Shown here: one piece after another, positions 27,465-38,889 of the stretch
Position numbering within the stretch: the first letter of the stretch is position 1
Layout of the letters: every line of letters begins with the position of its first letter
Translations under genes and position numbers: made by a program
Assembly: GCA_053919585.1 (NCBI GenBank)
Contig: CM132791.1
Source of the DNA: Euprymna scolopes
Taxonomy: Eukaryota
DNA length: 64,000 nt
Reading direction: 5' to 3' (one strand)
Notes under the pieces: model-generated
What the model saw: only the letters and a program-made list of their open reading frames with translations
Databases searched by the model: none
Told to the model about the DNA's origin: nothing

Positions 27465-27590
27465 TACCCGGACTACTGCTCTTCATGTTTACTATTATTT
27501 GCACTGGGTTTCAGTCGATGTGACTTCCAAATTTCTTCAGGTGTATTTTTTTTAGATTTGGAAAATTTTCTGTCAAACTCGGGGATTCGT
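27465..27590 (-). repeat. Degenerate copy of the hammerhead-like short repeat seen at 57700-57840
   Basis: Reverse complement AATACACCTGAAGAAATTTGGAAGTCACATCGACTGAAACC aligns to 57755-57795; the upstream CCCGAGTTTGACAGAA is also shared. Confidence 0.7.
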
Positions 27591-28350
27591 CCGGTTTTCA
27601 GAAGTGTAGCATGTTCTTTTTTCCGTCCACTATCCTAAGTTTTCGTTCTAAGTAATGCACAACTGAATTTTAGTGTCTCCCTCACTCAGGAGTCAACCAT
27701 CTACTTTTAAAACAGTATAACTTACACCGTAATTTACCAAAAACTTTATTAACTACGCCATATGTTCCTGTGCAAAAAGGTCGAAAAGTTATACTTATGC
27801 TTCCGAGGTCGTGCCAATGAAAGTAAACTTTGAAAATATTATTATGCATAATTGGAAACAAGAAGGATATTGTGCGCCGTTATTTTCACGCCTTATTTGA
27901 ATAAAAAACGGGGTTACTTAGTGTTTAAATGATCAATACGATCAGAAAGAACTATATAAAAAATAATGAAGAGAAGAACTAAGATAATAGTAAATAAAGG
28001 CGTTATATGCACCGAAACGTATGATAAACCGCGTTATATGTACATTCACTGAACTGAGTTAAAATTAAGATCAAGACTGATTAGGAAAAACATGCAACTA
28101 AAAAGTATGGAAACGTTTTCAATTTGTAAGTGCACACAAATGGAACGAACATAAACCAAAATAATTTTGGAAACGTATATTCGCATAGAAATAAAGATAA
28201 AATAAAGATGCTCATTAAATGCAAAAAAACACTTGATAATAATTAAAGAAAAAAACTTGTTTAATTGTAGGTTTTTGTATCTCAGACGTTTAGAACATCT
28301 AGATCAGGAAAGCGAAAAAAATTGGCAAGTGCTTGGAACAAAAGGATGTC

Positions 28351-28396
<46 letters not shown>
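28351..28396. repeat. (AAT)n microsatellite
   Basis: About 15 AAT units. Confidence 0.95.
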
Positions 28397-28398
<2 letters not shown>

Positions 28399-28792
28399 GT
28401 TTTACATACACTAACATCTATATGGACCACATTTGAACAACATGCTTAGAGAATTTAGAAGGAAAAGGAATGCTGAGACCATATAAGAAACGGCAATTTT
28501 GAGAGCAACTTACGCGTTTAGAAAAAAATACATGTGGGCGGAAAACAAATAACTCACGCTAAACTGTTAAATATAATTATGAATAAGAAAAAAACAGATA
28601 GAAAGAACTTTACACGAACCGAAAATAAGTTCAGAAATGTCAAATATCAAAGGAAGTGACACCCAAATTAACAATTATCAGTTTTACATTCGAACGCATA
28701 TCATCACCTTTTTCCTATTAAACAATCCTTTATAATAATTTGAAAGTCCTTAGCGAACAAATAATTATGGCTATATTATGAAAAAGCCAGCA

Positions 28793-28837
<45 letters not shown>

Positions 28838-30504
28838 GAGATAGAGGGAGACAGCACCATTGCCATTTGCACCACCTGAAGATCATGAAAGCAAATCACA
28901 TACATTAAATTATTCTAGAGAAGTGAAAAAATATAGAACACTCGCAGGCTGGCTGTCGTTGTCCGGTTGCAGAATACGCTTAAATATATTTTAATTCATA
29001 CAAATTCACTATTTATTCCTACAGAGTGACTTCTCTATTGATTATAATTTGGTACCGAATATATATAACAAACGTGTTAAAAGTTAAAAGAAATTGACTT
29101 CCGTACCACCAGCGTGAATCAAAGTCCAAACTTTCGGCCCTCCGGGCTTAGTAGTTATTAAGCGCTACAGCTACAATAGTTACCATATGAGCCTTTAAAG
29201 TATAAAAATTAAGATAATGTATGCCAAAAATAGATATGGAAATATAATCGGAAGTTAGCTTATTTATTTCTGCCATGGTCATTTTTTTCAATGTTCAGCC
29301 TAAAAAGCTATTATTACAAACTAAACTGGAAGTCTTCCCGAAGTTCGAATACCCTATATATCAAGCTTGACTTTTAGCGACCAAATATTCAGAGGGAAGT
29401 TTGTGAGAGAAGTTTCGCACACGCAGACACAAGAGCGCTTTAGCATTCCATGGATATGATAGAAGGGGAGACATAGATAAATGCATTAATAATCACAGGA
29501 ACGTGTGCTCTAATTTATTAATCTAAAATCATGCAGGATGTAGAAACATGCAGAAATATCGTAATAGTTAAATTAAACAAATAATCTAATAAAGAACCAT
29601 AACAACGAATAATGAATTAAGGAATGCTGTTTTTCGAACAAATTACTATTATGGACCTGAGAAGGCCACTAAGTAAAGCACAGACACGAAGATGAGATAG
29701 AAAAGGTATAATATATTGATACAAAAAAGTATAAACCAAAGCAACCGTCTTAGTAAGTAGCGCCAAGTTGTCGGACTACGTAACTACACTGGCCACACCG
29801 AGTGTCGTAACTCTCAGTTAATTTATGTTGTTCGGAAGGGTGTGTATCTTGTGTGCGTCTTGAATCTCACAAACACCCCCCCCTCAAACATTTTTTCATC
29901 TCTAAAAAAGCTTGTCAAGGTCTTTTCCGCGTTATGTCGATAACCAGCATGCGCTGAATTTTATTCCATCACAAAAGTTGTTTTTCTGGTGTGAAAATGT
30001 GGACTTTTTTAAAACTATGTTTCTATTTTGACAATGCGGCGTGTCAATATTAGGGTTATACAATAATGAATATTTCATAAATCAGAAACAGGAATACAGA
30101 AAAAGCATTGTATGAGCTGAATGCATATTGAAAGCTAAATCCCACCTTCCCAAACGTACATATATACAAACATACACATTGTGACAGGTATTGCTTATTT
30201 TTTGTATAATACCTTTATATAAAATTAATGTAAATCTTAAATATTAAATATTTAAAATGAGACGTGGTGCACGTATGATCCCACTTAAAAATATTTTAAA
30301 TACTAAAATAAGCTTAAGTTATTTTGATTAATTTTTAATGCAACAAAATCTCACTTATTTAACTCTGTAAATAACTAGATGCCTGAGAGCATTCTACCTT
30401 AATATTTTTCTCGACTGCACAACTTTGGAATTCTCTCCTTGTTTTGTCCTTCCCTGACTGTATTAACCTGCATGCGTTTCAATGTATTGTTAACAGATAT
30501 TTTT

Positions 30505-31537
30505 TTTTTTACAAAGGCATCACCACATTATCAAGGCCCAGAGGTCACTCAAGGATAAGGGTTAAAGAGTGTACAGTAGAAATTGGTCAATATAGTAATC
30601 ATTAGTAATAAAAATTTGGAAAATTTAATAACCTATATGGAACGGCCTATCAAGAACTTATTTACTTTAGACTTGAAGACAACCATATTGTAGTCAGCCG
30701 GAAAGCAGGAAAACGGAAGACAATTCCACAGGTGTGCAGTTCTAAGCAAGAAGCTTTGGTCATGGAATCTACGTTTAGGTTTAGGCACAGATAAAGAGTG
30801 GGGGAAATTATTGATAGTGTTTACAGCTAGACGAGTGTTTCTTGTGAAAGTTTGGCGAGGGGGGACCATAGATTGAAGCTCAGTTGAACACTTTCCATGA
30901 AAATAACGATACATCAGAGACAAACTCGCAACATCTCTTCTGTGAGATAGAGGTTGCAAGGAGGAGAAAAGGGCATCTCCTACGAGGCTACGAAGTCTAT
31001 TTTGAACTCTATCAAGGCAGGGCAAGTCCTTCCTAGCAGCTCCTGCCCAGATGTGGCAACAGTATTCCATCCTTGGACGTACCTGACTCTTATATAGATA
31101 GAGAATAGCATCAGCAGTGAGATATCTACTAGATCGATAGAAAGATCCCACCATTTATCCAGCGGCCTTGGCAACAGATTTGATATACGTGTTCCATTTA
31201 AGATCAGGAGTAATGGTCAAGCCCAGAAGCTTGTCAAAACTTGAGGCCTCCTGAAGACGAGAGCCATTCATTTCAATTGATGACAAATGTGGATTAGAAT
31301 GTTGATGATGTAAAGAGAGAAGCTTGGTTTTAGATGCATTAAAAGTAACCAGCCACTCCTTTTCCCATTGTACTACGTGCTCAAGATCAGAGGAGAGAGA
31401 ATTGGAGAGAACTTGGTCGTTTACTGTCTTAGATGTGGTACCATAAATGGTAGTGTCGTCAGCATAAATGTCTACAAATGATGTAAGGATATGATTTGGA
31501 AGATCATTAATGTAGATCAGGAAAAGAGTTGGGCCCA
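30505..31537 (-). mobile_element. CR1/L2-group LINE, best-preserved copy: 5'-truncated RT C-terminal half, 3'UTR and A-tail
   Basis: ORFs 31155-31577 (LGPTLFLIYINDLP...YADDTT...FNASKTK...LGLTITPDLKW) and 30633-31154 (LYLYKSQVRPRMEYCCHIWAG...RTAHLWN.LP) are in the same frame, separated by one stop codon. Confidence 0.95.
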
Positions 31538-31892
31538 GTATATACTTGTAAAGAGTCCCCTCCAAATACGTATCCATTTTTTTCTGTCAATAAGGATATT
31601 AGTTGCTGCTTCACTCATCCTCTTGTCTTCTCCAAGTGGTTAACCTCGATGGATAAGAAAGTTGTTTTGTATCTGTATTAATTTGAGTAGGATTGAAATT
31701 ACAAACCATGCTAAACTTTAACCGTAGAGACTCAACGTTTCTATCCATTACACCACGGGTCAATTACATAGTGAAACCACAACAACTAACTATGAAGATG
31801 AGGGCAAAAGTCCGCAAAAAATGATTACAAAAATAATGAAGCTTCTTCTCAAAAGATTTTAAAAAAATAATAATATAATAATACCCTTTAGA

Positions 31893-32440
31893 CAAGGATG
31901 GAATACTGCTGCCATATCTGGATAGGAGCTGCTAAAAACAGCGTATCCTGCCTTGACAGAGTACAAAAAAGACTTCGTGGTTTAGTGGCGGGATGCCCTT
32001 TTCTCTACCCTGCAAACTCTCTCCCACAGAAGAGACGTTGCCAGCCTATTCTTCTTTTATCGTTATTTCCATGGCAGGTGCTCGTCTGAACTCCAATCTC
32101 TGGTCCCCCCCTCGCCAATCTTTCACGAAAAACACCCGTCTAGCTGAATCAACTGTGAAAATGTTCCCCCACTCTTTATCCGTACCTAAATCAAAACGTG
32201 GATTCCATGAACAAAGCTTCTTTCTTAGAACTGCACGCCTGTTGAACTCTGTTCCGGCTGCCTGCTCCTACCTTACTACAACTTGGACGTGTTCAAGTTC
32301 AACGTTAACAAATTCCTAATGAACCGCCCCCTTAAGTAAACACTTCATTAAATCTCCAAAATAACGTACTGTACTTGCAATAATCCATATCCCTAGTGGC
32401 TTCCGGACCTGGATATGTGGTGCCCACCGTGTAAAATAAA
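31893..32440 (+). mobile_element. CR1/L2-group LINE 3' fragment, inverted relative to 30505-31537
   Basis: MEYCCHIWIGAAKNSVSCLDRVQKRLRGLV...SFFLRTARLLNSVP, followed by the same 3'UTR motif and an A-rich tail. Confidence 0.9.
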
Positions 32441-33814
32441 TAAAAACATGTTTCAAAATATGCTCTTCTTACGTCCATGTAACAATATACTTTATTCGTG
32501 GAATAAACAAGCTTAAAATAAACATTTTAAATTTCACAAGAAATAAACGGTTTTCTAATTTTCAGGAAAGGTTTTCACATTTTCCGTTTGCCTAAACAAT
32601 AATAAAATTAAACATGTTTTATAGTTATACCTAGTATACCAATCAGCTTGGTTGTAAAGCAATATGTAACACTTAATTACTCGAGGCATAACTCAGTTTT
32701 ACACAAATATATGGACACATAAACGTTCTTATATTTTGAAGGATGGAGACATATGCGCATGCGTGTGTGTGGTATTATAATCTGTTTTGCATATGGCGCC
32801 ATATATCCTCTAACGTTTGTAAAAAAAACAATATATATGCATTGTTCTTCAAGTGCATGTGTGATGCCCACTAGGTAAAGAGTACACTCTCATTGAAAGA
32901 GATTCTCACTTTGTATTGCAAGCGTTATTGCATCGGCATCATATTCCGCCTTTCCGGTTACATTTTGGCTCTAATTACACATAAATATCGCATTCGCGTT
33001 AGACACCTGTTATTTGCTTTTGCCTTGCGCCGTGTAACATTGATTACCGAGCGTGTCGACAAGTCTTTTCCTTTCTACTAGTCGGACAACCAGTGCACAT
33101 GGTATGTTTCAAAAACCAATTTTCGGAAGATAAAAATAAAACTATGTAAATCACTGATTGAGAACGAAATGAAATGTGTAATGATATAAAATAGTGACGT
33201 TTATGTTTTCAACATAGAAACTTTTAATTTCATTGTAAGAAGAAAAATTAAAAGAGCCATGGATCGTATGGAAACAGATTTTTCTTTCCAATATAGCGCT
33301 TCAGACAAGACATATGACCACTTGATTAAAAGAGCTAACTATAATAAAAGAATGTTCTCGCATAGACAGTTCTAAAGAGACAAAATCTATAATTAGAAGG
33401 AAAGCAGCCAAAAAGTTTTACAAGTCATCAGTGTTTGTCAAAAAAGCTACAAAAATAAAAAAATAAAATCTACATTTAATGAGGTATCACTGTAATAACC
33501 CCATGAGGATCACTAGACAAACGAATTAAACAAACTAGATCAAAAAAGCTGGAGATGGATGTTATCACTCGAAAGGAATGCTAAAATAATATCTACGAAA
33601 AAACGATACTTGCCACACGACGTATATGAAAGAGAAGAGGGAGTTAAGCACGCTCTAGTAAGTCCTACATTAACTAGTCAAATTATAATAAATCTAACAC
33701 ATACTTGTTTTCCTGCTGGATTGGTCAAGGTAGAGAATAAGGTTATGTGCGGGAAACAGTTAAGAACGGTTTAGATAAAAAGCAAAAAGAGAATTGAATA
33801 TGATATTTTAAGTC

Positions 33815-34113
33815 GATCAATACCTCCGTCTAGTCTCGAAAGACAAAAGATAACCCTGTAGGGGCAGTTGTGCGTGTGTTTGTGAGGCAAAGGTCGCGCA
33901 ATCCCTAACCGCACTTCTCCTGAATCGACACTGTTTGGGTCCAGTGGCAAGGAGAAGGGCACGATGACTGGGAACAATGCAGAGATAAGCGGAGAGCACA
34001 TACAGCACCTGGAAGTCCCAAATGGTCACACATTTAGTACTGACCAGGCTCAACGTTGCTTAACTTTGGTGTCCCAGCAGGAACCGGTGTTTCAACGTGA
34101 TTATGCCGTATAT
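33815..34113 (-). mobile_element. 5S rRNA-derived SINE (SINE3-type), copy 1
   Basis: Minus strand begins TACGGCATAATCACGTTGAAACACCGGTTCC..CACCAAAGTTAGCAACGTTGAGCCTGGTCAGTACT..GTGACC..TGGGA.TTCCAGGTGCTGTA, colinear with animal 5S rRNA. It is followed by a ~180-bp body shared with 44738-45038. Confidence 0.85.
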
Positions 34114-34210
34114 TACTTTAAGTACGAAAAGAGTGTAAAAATAAATAATCCTCAGAATCGATGACACAGAGCCATCCGGGCGCATGACAGAAAAGGAGAA
34201 GCACGAGTCG

Positions 34211-34254
<44 letters not shown>

Positions 34255-34735
34255 TATATGTATACATGTGTGTGTGTGTGTCTCATTGTGATAGCATAAC
34301 CAGGCAGAATCGTTATTCCGTCCTCCTCCATCCCGTTCACTCTATTACCTTTCCTTTACCATACTCCCATGCAAAACAACTACTGCCCACATTCATAAAC
34401 TATACTCCCCTGTTTATTTCCCATATAAGCAACGCCCGAATATTAAATTATATATAAAAAAAACTGAGCTGTGATTCTCGTTTCAATAAGTTTCCTTCTT
34501 TGGTCTGAGTAGGTGGGTTTCTATAAATAGGGAATCCACCGAAACATATGTACCCAATAGCGACTGTACAATAAACAGACTACATACCTGCTCTGCCCTC
34601 CATTGAGCACACTTTAATAATAACACGGGTTTACATCTGCGAAACTAATTGACACAAACATTATACATATACACACACAGATATATATAAAAGCATATGT
34701 ATATATATATATTCACGCACCCACACACGCGCGTG

Positions 34736-34785
<50 letters not shown>

Positions 34786-35014
34786 ATATATTTATTTTAT
34801 ATATATACATTACATTTAGGTTTTGCATTTGTATTTTACCGTCACTGGATTTTTTTTATCTTCCACCAGACTATCCATTCATGTGTAATCACCTTTTTCT
34901 TCACCATATTCCCTCTGCTTAACTTATTTTGTTTTCAAGTAAGATCTTTGACTTACTTGTTGTTTCATCAAATACTTCTGCATGGAAAATCCGATCCCGC
35001 ATTTTGCTAATTCC

Positions 35015-35060
35015 TACCCTCTGATGAGAAGGAGTGTATTTCTTCGAAACTCCGCGGATT
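35015..35060 (+). ncRNA. Degenerate minimal hammerhead ribozyme-like motif
   Basis: CTGATGA (35021-35027), 6-bp stem II GAAGGA/TTCTTC and GAAAC (35046-35050). Stem III and cleavage triplet are not intact. Confidence 0.4.
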
Positions 35061-35154
35061 AACGACTATCCATTTATCTAGTGTTTCCTTTTCAGATGTA
35101 ATATGTTTTTAACTCATTTCAAAGTGTTTTTTAACATATTTTAGTAACTGTTTA

Positions 35155-35216
<62 letters not shown>

Positions 35217-35271
35217 CTGGACATCATTGTGTAATATGGAATTACAAGTATTGTATGTTCTCTCCACTTAT

Positions 35272-35410
35272 TAACACATTCTTTCCAGTCATCATATACT
35301 TTTTTTTTGTACTGGACGTAAGCAATGCCGATTCAGGAAAAGTATTGTTGGTTATTGCGCAACCTTGCTTCATAATTACACGCGCAGCTTCCTTTATAGG
35401 GGTCATTCAT
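35272..35410 (+). mobile_element. Partial, older copy of the 5S-SINE body (no 5S head)
   Basis: CCAGTCATC..ACTGGAC..AAGCAATGCCGATTCAGG..GCAACCTTG..AATTACACGCGCAGCT aligns to 44878-44995. Confidence 0.7.
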
Positions 35411-35815
35411 TGTACTTAAAATCGGATGATAAAATGTAAAGTAATATGTGTTAATATTTCACAATGCATTATACTTTTGACTCTCTTTGTATATACTGCA
35501 ACGTTTCGTGAAAATTACTAAGTTGAGTGATTCGATAAAAAAAGGAATAACAAAGTAAATAAAAAGGATACGGACTAGATGAATGGTTTGACGAAGAAAG
35601 CTACTAAAACGGACGATCCGCGAAAGAATAGTAGAGAAATACGTAATAGTAGGATACAAATCAAAAGGATGCGAAAAAGAAAAGATAAAAGACGGATACC
35701 AAATAAACGAATGCAATGAAGAAGAATACGACGAAGAAAGATACAATAAGCAACTGAAAGATAGGGTAGGGCAATGAAAGAGACAAAAAACAAAAGAAAG
35801 ATACGTAGATGGATG

Positions 35816-36160
35816 GGCCCTGTTGGTGGGGCATTAGAATACGCCGACTGCCCCCCTGCAGATGGTAAAAGTCCCTCAATGGGGGTCCTGGATATGACCT
35901 TAAACTATATCCAGTGGTGAGGCCCCAGCTTGTGGGCTTTGGGGAGTGTGGAGCCACTCTTTAATTACCATTGCTCCCAGATCCACTCTGACCCGGAGTG
36001 GTAGTACCTGTTAGGGTCCCAACTATGGGTTAAATAGAAACCGACGTGAAAACAACAAATATATTCTATTAAAAAAATGTTTTTCTTCAAAATCTTTGGA
36101 TTCTGCATTAAATAACCCGAAAAGGGTTGATATGCCGTAAAACAAAACAAGCAACAACCA
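35816..36160 (+). mobile_element. SINE-like short retroelement, family 2, probably full length
   Basis: Flanked by imperfect 13-bp direct repeats ACGTAGATGGATG (35803-35815) and ACATAGATTGATG (36161-36173). 3' stem-loop AACCC-GAAA-AGGGTT followed by an (ACAA/CCAA)n tail. A second copy is at 51173-51449. Confidence 0.8.
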
Positions 36161-38049
36161 ACATAGATTGATGTAAAGAGAAAGGCCAAGAACTATAACT
36201 AGAAGCAGATCAAGTAAAAGAGAAAGAGAAGAGAAAAGTGAGAATTGCATAATAAAAGATACATAAGAGAAAATACGAAAGACGAGAACGTGATGAAATG
36301 TCAAAGAAAGGCAAGAGAGCAATGAATCGAGTAAATAGAAATCGTAAACATCGATAATTTAAGAAAAGATAAAGAAATAAGGAGGAAAGCCATCGAAGGA
36401 TGAATAAGAATGGGACAAAAAAGAAAACGCAGGCTGGAAAATAAAATATAATAACAATTAATCCAAATAGAAGAATAATATTAAAATAGAGAAACCGTTA
36501 AAAAATAAAATATTAAAGAATATATTTAGTTCTCTCCCACTGCAAAAATTGTGACGCCAATATCGGAAAATGGGATTGAGGACGCAGTGCCACTCCACGG
36601 GGCACTCTGACCTGCAAAATTTCCTGAGCAGTTCCTTGATATTTCCCGCTAAGGCTGCCTCAGGCGATTAGCCAAAAAATACTTACCCCTTCTCAAAGAC
36701 AGAAGGAAACGCCTGGGATGGTGGACCTCCTAGAACTACACAGAACTAGTCTTACACCGCTATCAACAGGGGTCAGCCCATTACAGAAATGGTCTTATCT
36801 CGTTAGATTTTAGCGACCGAATATAAAAATCTCTAGTTGATGAATAGAAGAAAAATAGATGTAAAAGGATAAAATAGAATAATGATAAAAATAAGGCCGT
36901 ATTAGAAATATTGAAAATGGACGTCATTTGAAAAGTCGAAAGAGCGTTAGAACCGATTAAATGCGTAAAGATAGAAAACAAAAGACATAGCGGAAGTCGA
37001 AGAGTAAGAACTAGAACAGCTTTATTTGATCTAGCTCGTTTACCTTTTTGCTCTAGTAATCCCGATCTGTTTACTTCAGCAATACGTCATTCAACACAAT
37101 TTTTTATTTCAGTAGATTTTCTTTCAAGCAATATAGTCTTGTTTGCTGATTATTATCCTCCTATCTATAACGTTCCTTTTCTATTACTAAAGCTTGTGAT
37201 CATCACATGTCTATGCGATAATCATCGTTGATTCTTGTTAGCTCCTTAGATAAAATGACTATACGCTTTGTCGGAAGCGCTATCCATGAAAGAAAAATAC
37301 TGTTATACGATTCATAGATTTAAAAACATTATTTCTATAATAACGTAAATGGAAAAAAAAACTAATATAGAAGAACATGCCTTCATTAAGGCAGAGAAAA
37401 AGAAGAAAAACAGGATAATAAGAATAAATCAAGGAAAGTAATTAGTAATAGGCTCAATGCTTGACAGTTTTTGGCAGTATTCTACAGTTCTATAATTTAA
37501 TCGTTCTGTTAGTGCACACCTTGAACAGAATAAACAAAAATCTTTTAGCTAAATTAGTCGCACATAGTCTATCAAGCTCCAACTGCTGTGCCATCGATGC
37601 ATCTTCCATCCCTATGCTTGACTTACATGTAGGTGTACCAATGCTTCGCTCATCGTAAATAACTACGACCAAACCGAAAATACGCTAACCTTTAAATGTT
37701 CTACTATAATACTTTCATGTCTCGAACTGTTACCTTTTAAATTTTTCTGTTACCTATTTCACTGACTGCACCAACATAAAAAAATATATATATATGTATA
37801 AATATTTTGCTTAACAACTGCACACTTAGAATGCCACCATTTATTCACAACAGTCATTACCTTTAAGGGGAAACGTGCCTTTATCTAAATTTGAATTATT
37901 TATCGAGAAATAAAAAAAAAAGTGCAGACATTGTTAAATATTTACTGAGTAACGCTGAAGTGTTACTGATCGACGATTGTTATAATAATTCAAGCCGAAA
38001 TGTTTTGCCAGCCAAAATATATTTTAGAATAATAAAAATATTTACATAT

Positions 38050-38720
38050 TCAAGTCTGTTACCAAAGTCGCTGGAAAAAAGGTGGGATGCTTCTAGCGGT
38101 TCAGAAGATATCTCACTACTGATGCAATTCTCTATCTATGTAAAAGTCAAGTACGTCCAAGGATGGAATACCACTGAAACATCTGGGCAGGAGCTGCTAA
38201 ACTAGCATATCCTGCCTTGACAGAGTACAAAATACATACACTTCGTGGTTTAGTGGGGGGACCCTTTTCTCTTCCCTGCAACCCCTCTCCCACAAAAAAG
38301 ACGTTGCGAGCCTATCTTTGTTTTATCGTTATTTCCATGCCACGTGCTCGTCTGAGCTCCAATCTCTGGTCCCCTCGCCAATCTTTCAAGATAAACACCC
38401 GTCTAGCTGAAACCACTGTCAATAATTTTCCCCACTCTTTATCTGTCCCAAATCAAAACATAGATTCCATGAACAAAGCTTCTTTCTTAGAACTGAACGC
38501 CTGTGGTATTCTCTGCCGCTTGCCTGTGCCCTCCTGATTCAAATATGGATGTTCTCAAGTCTAACATAAACAAATTCCTGATGAACCTCCCCCATTTATC
38601 AAATCTCCAATACTAATGAATACTGCAACACTATCCCATTGATTACTGTACACAAAATAATCGTTATCCCAGAGTGGCTATTGGGCCTTGATGTTGGTGA
38701 CCTCCATGTAAAAAAAATAT
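38050..38720 (+). mobile_element. CR1/L2-group LINE 3' fragment
   Basis: Frameshifted homolog of 30505-31190, with the 3'UTR motif TTATCCCAGAGTGGC..GGGCCTTGATG..GGTGACC..TGTAAAAAAAA. Confidence 0.9.
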
Positions 38721-38889
38721 TTATTTACCTGGAATATGAACGAAAAAAAGTTTTACAAAATTGACAACTAAAAAAAAAACATAACATTCTTAATAATATG
38801 TAAAACGTATACTCATGACGTCATTTACAGAGAGATATGTTATTTTTTAGATACATAAAAATTAGTTAGTCATCCAGATTCGGGAGAGG

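Noticed and set aside
29100-29180. tRNA gene (also B-box-like motifs at ~11090 and ~57630)
   Set aside because: No cloverleaf can be drawn; at most very old SINE debris.
33995-34113. Functional 5S rRNA gene
   Set aside because: Diverged with indels, no T-run terminator, and fused to a body shared with other dispersed copies; treated as a SINE head.
36545-36690. snRNA (ATACTTACC U1-like start on +, AATTTTTG Sm-like site on -)
   Set aside because: The motifs are on opposite strands and there is no further similarity to U1 or U4.
37440-37700. Possible transposase relic or exon
   Set aside because: Only a 4-5 residue resemblance (DGTAV) and an isolated donor site; insufficient evidence.
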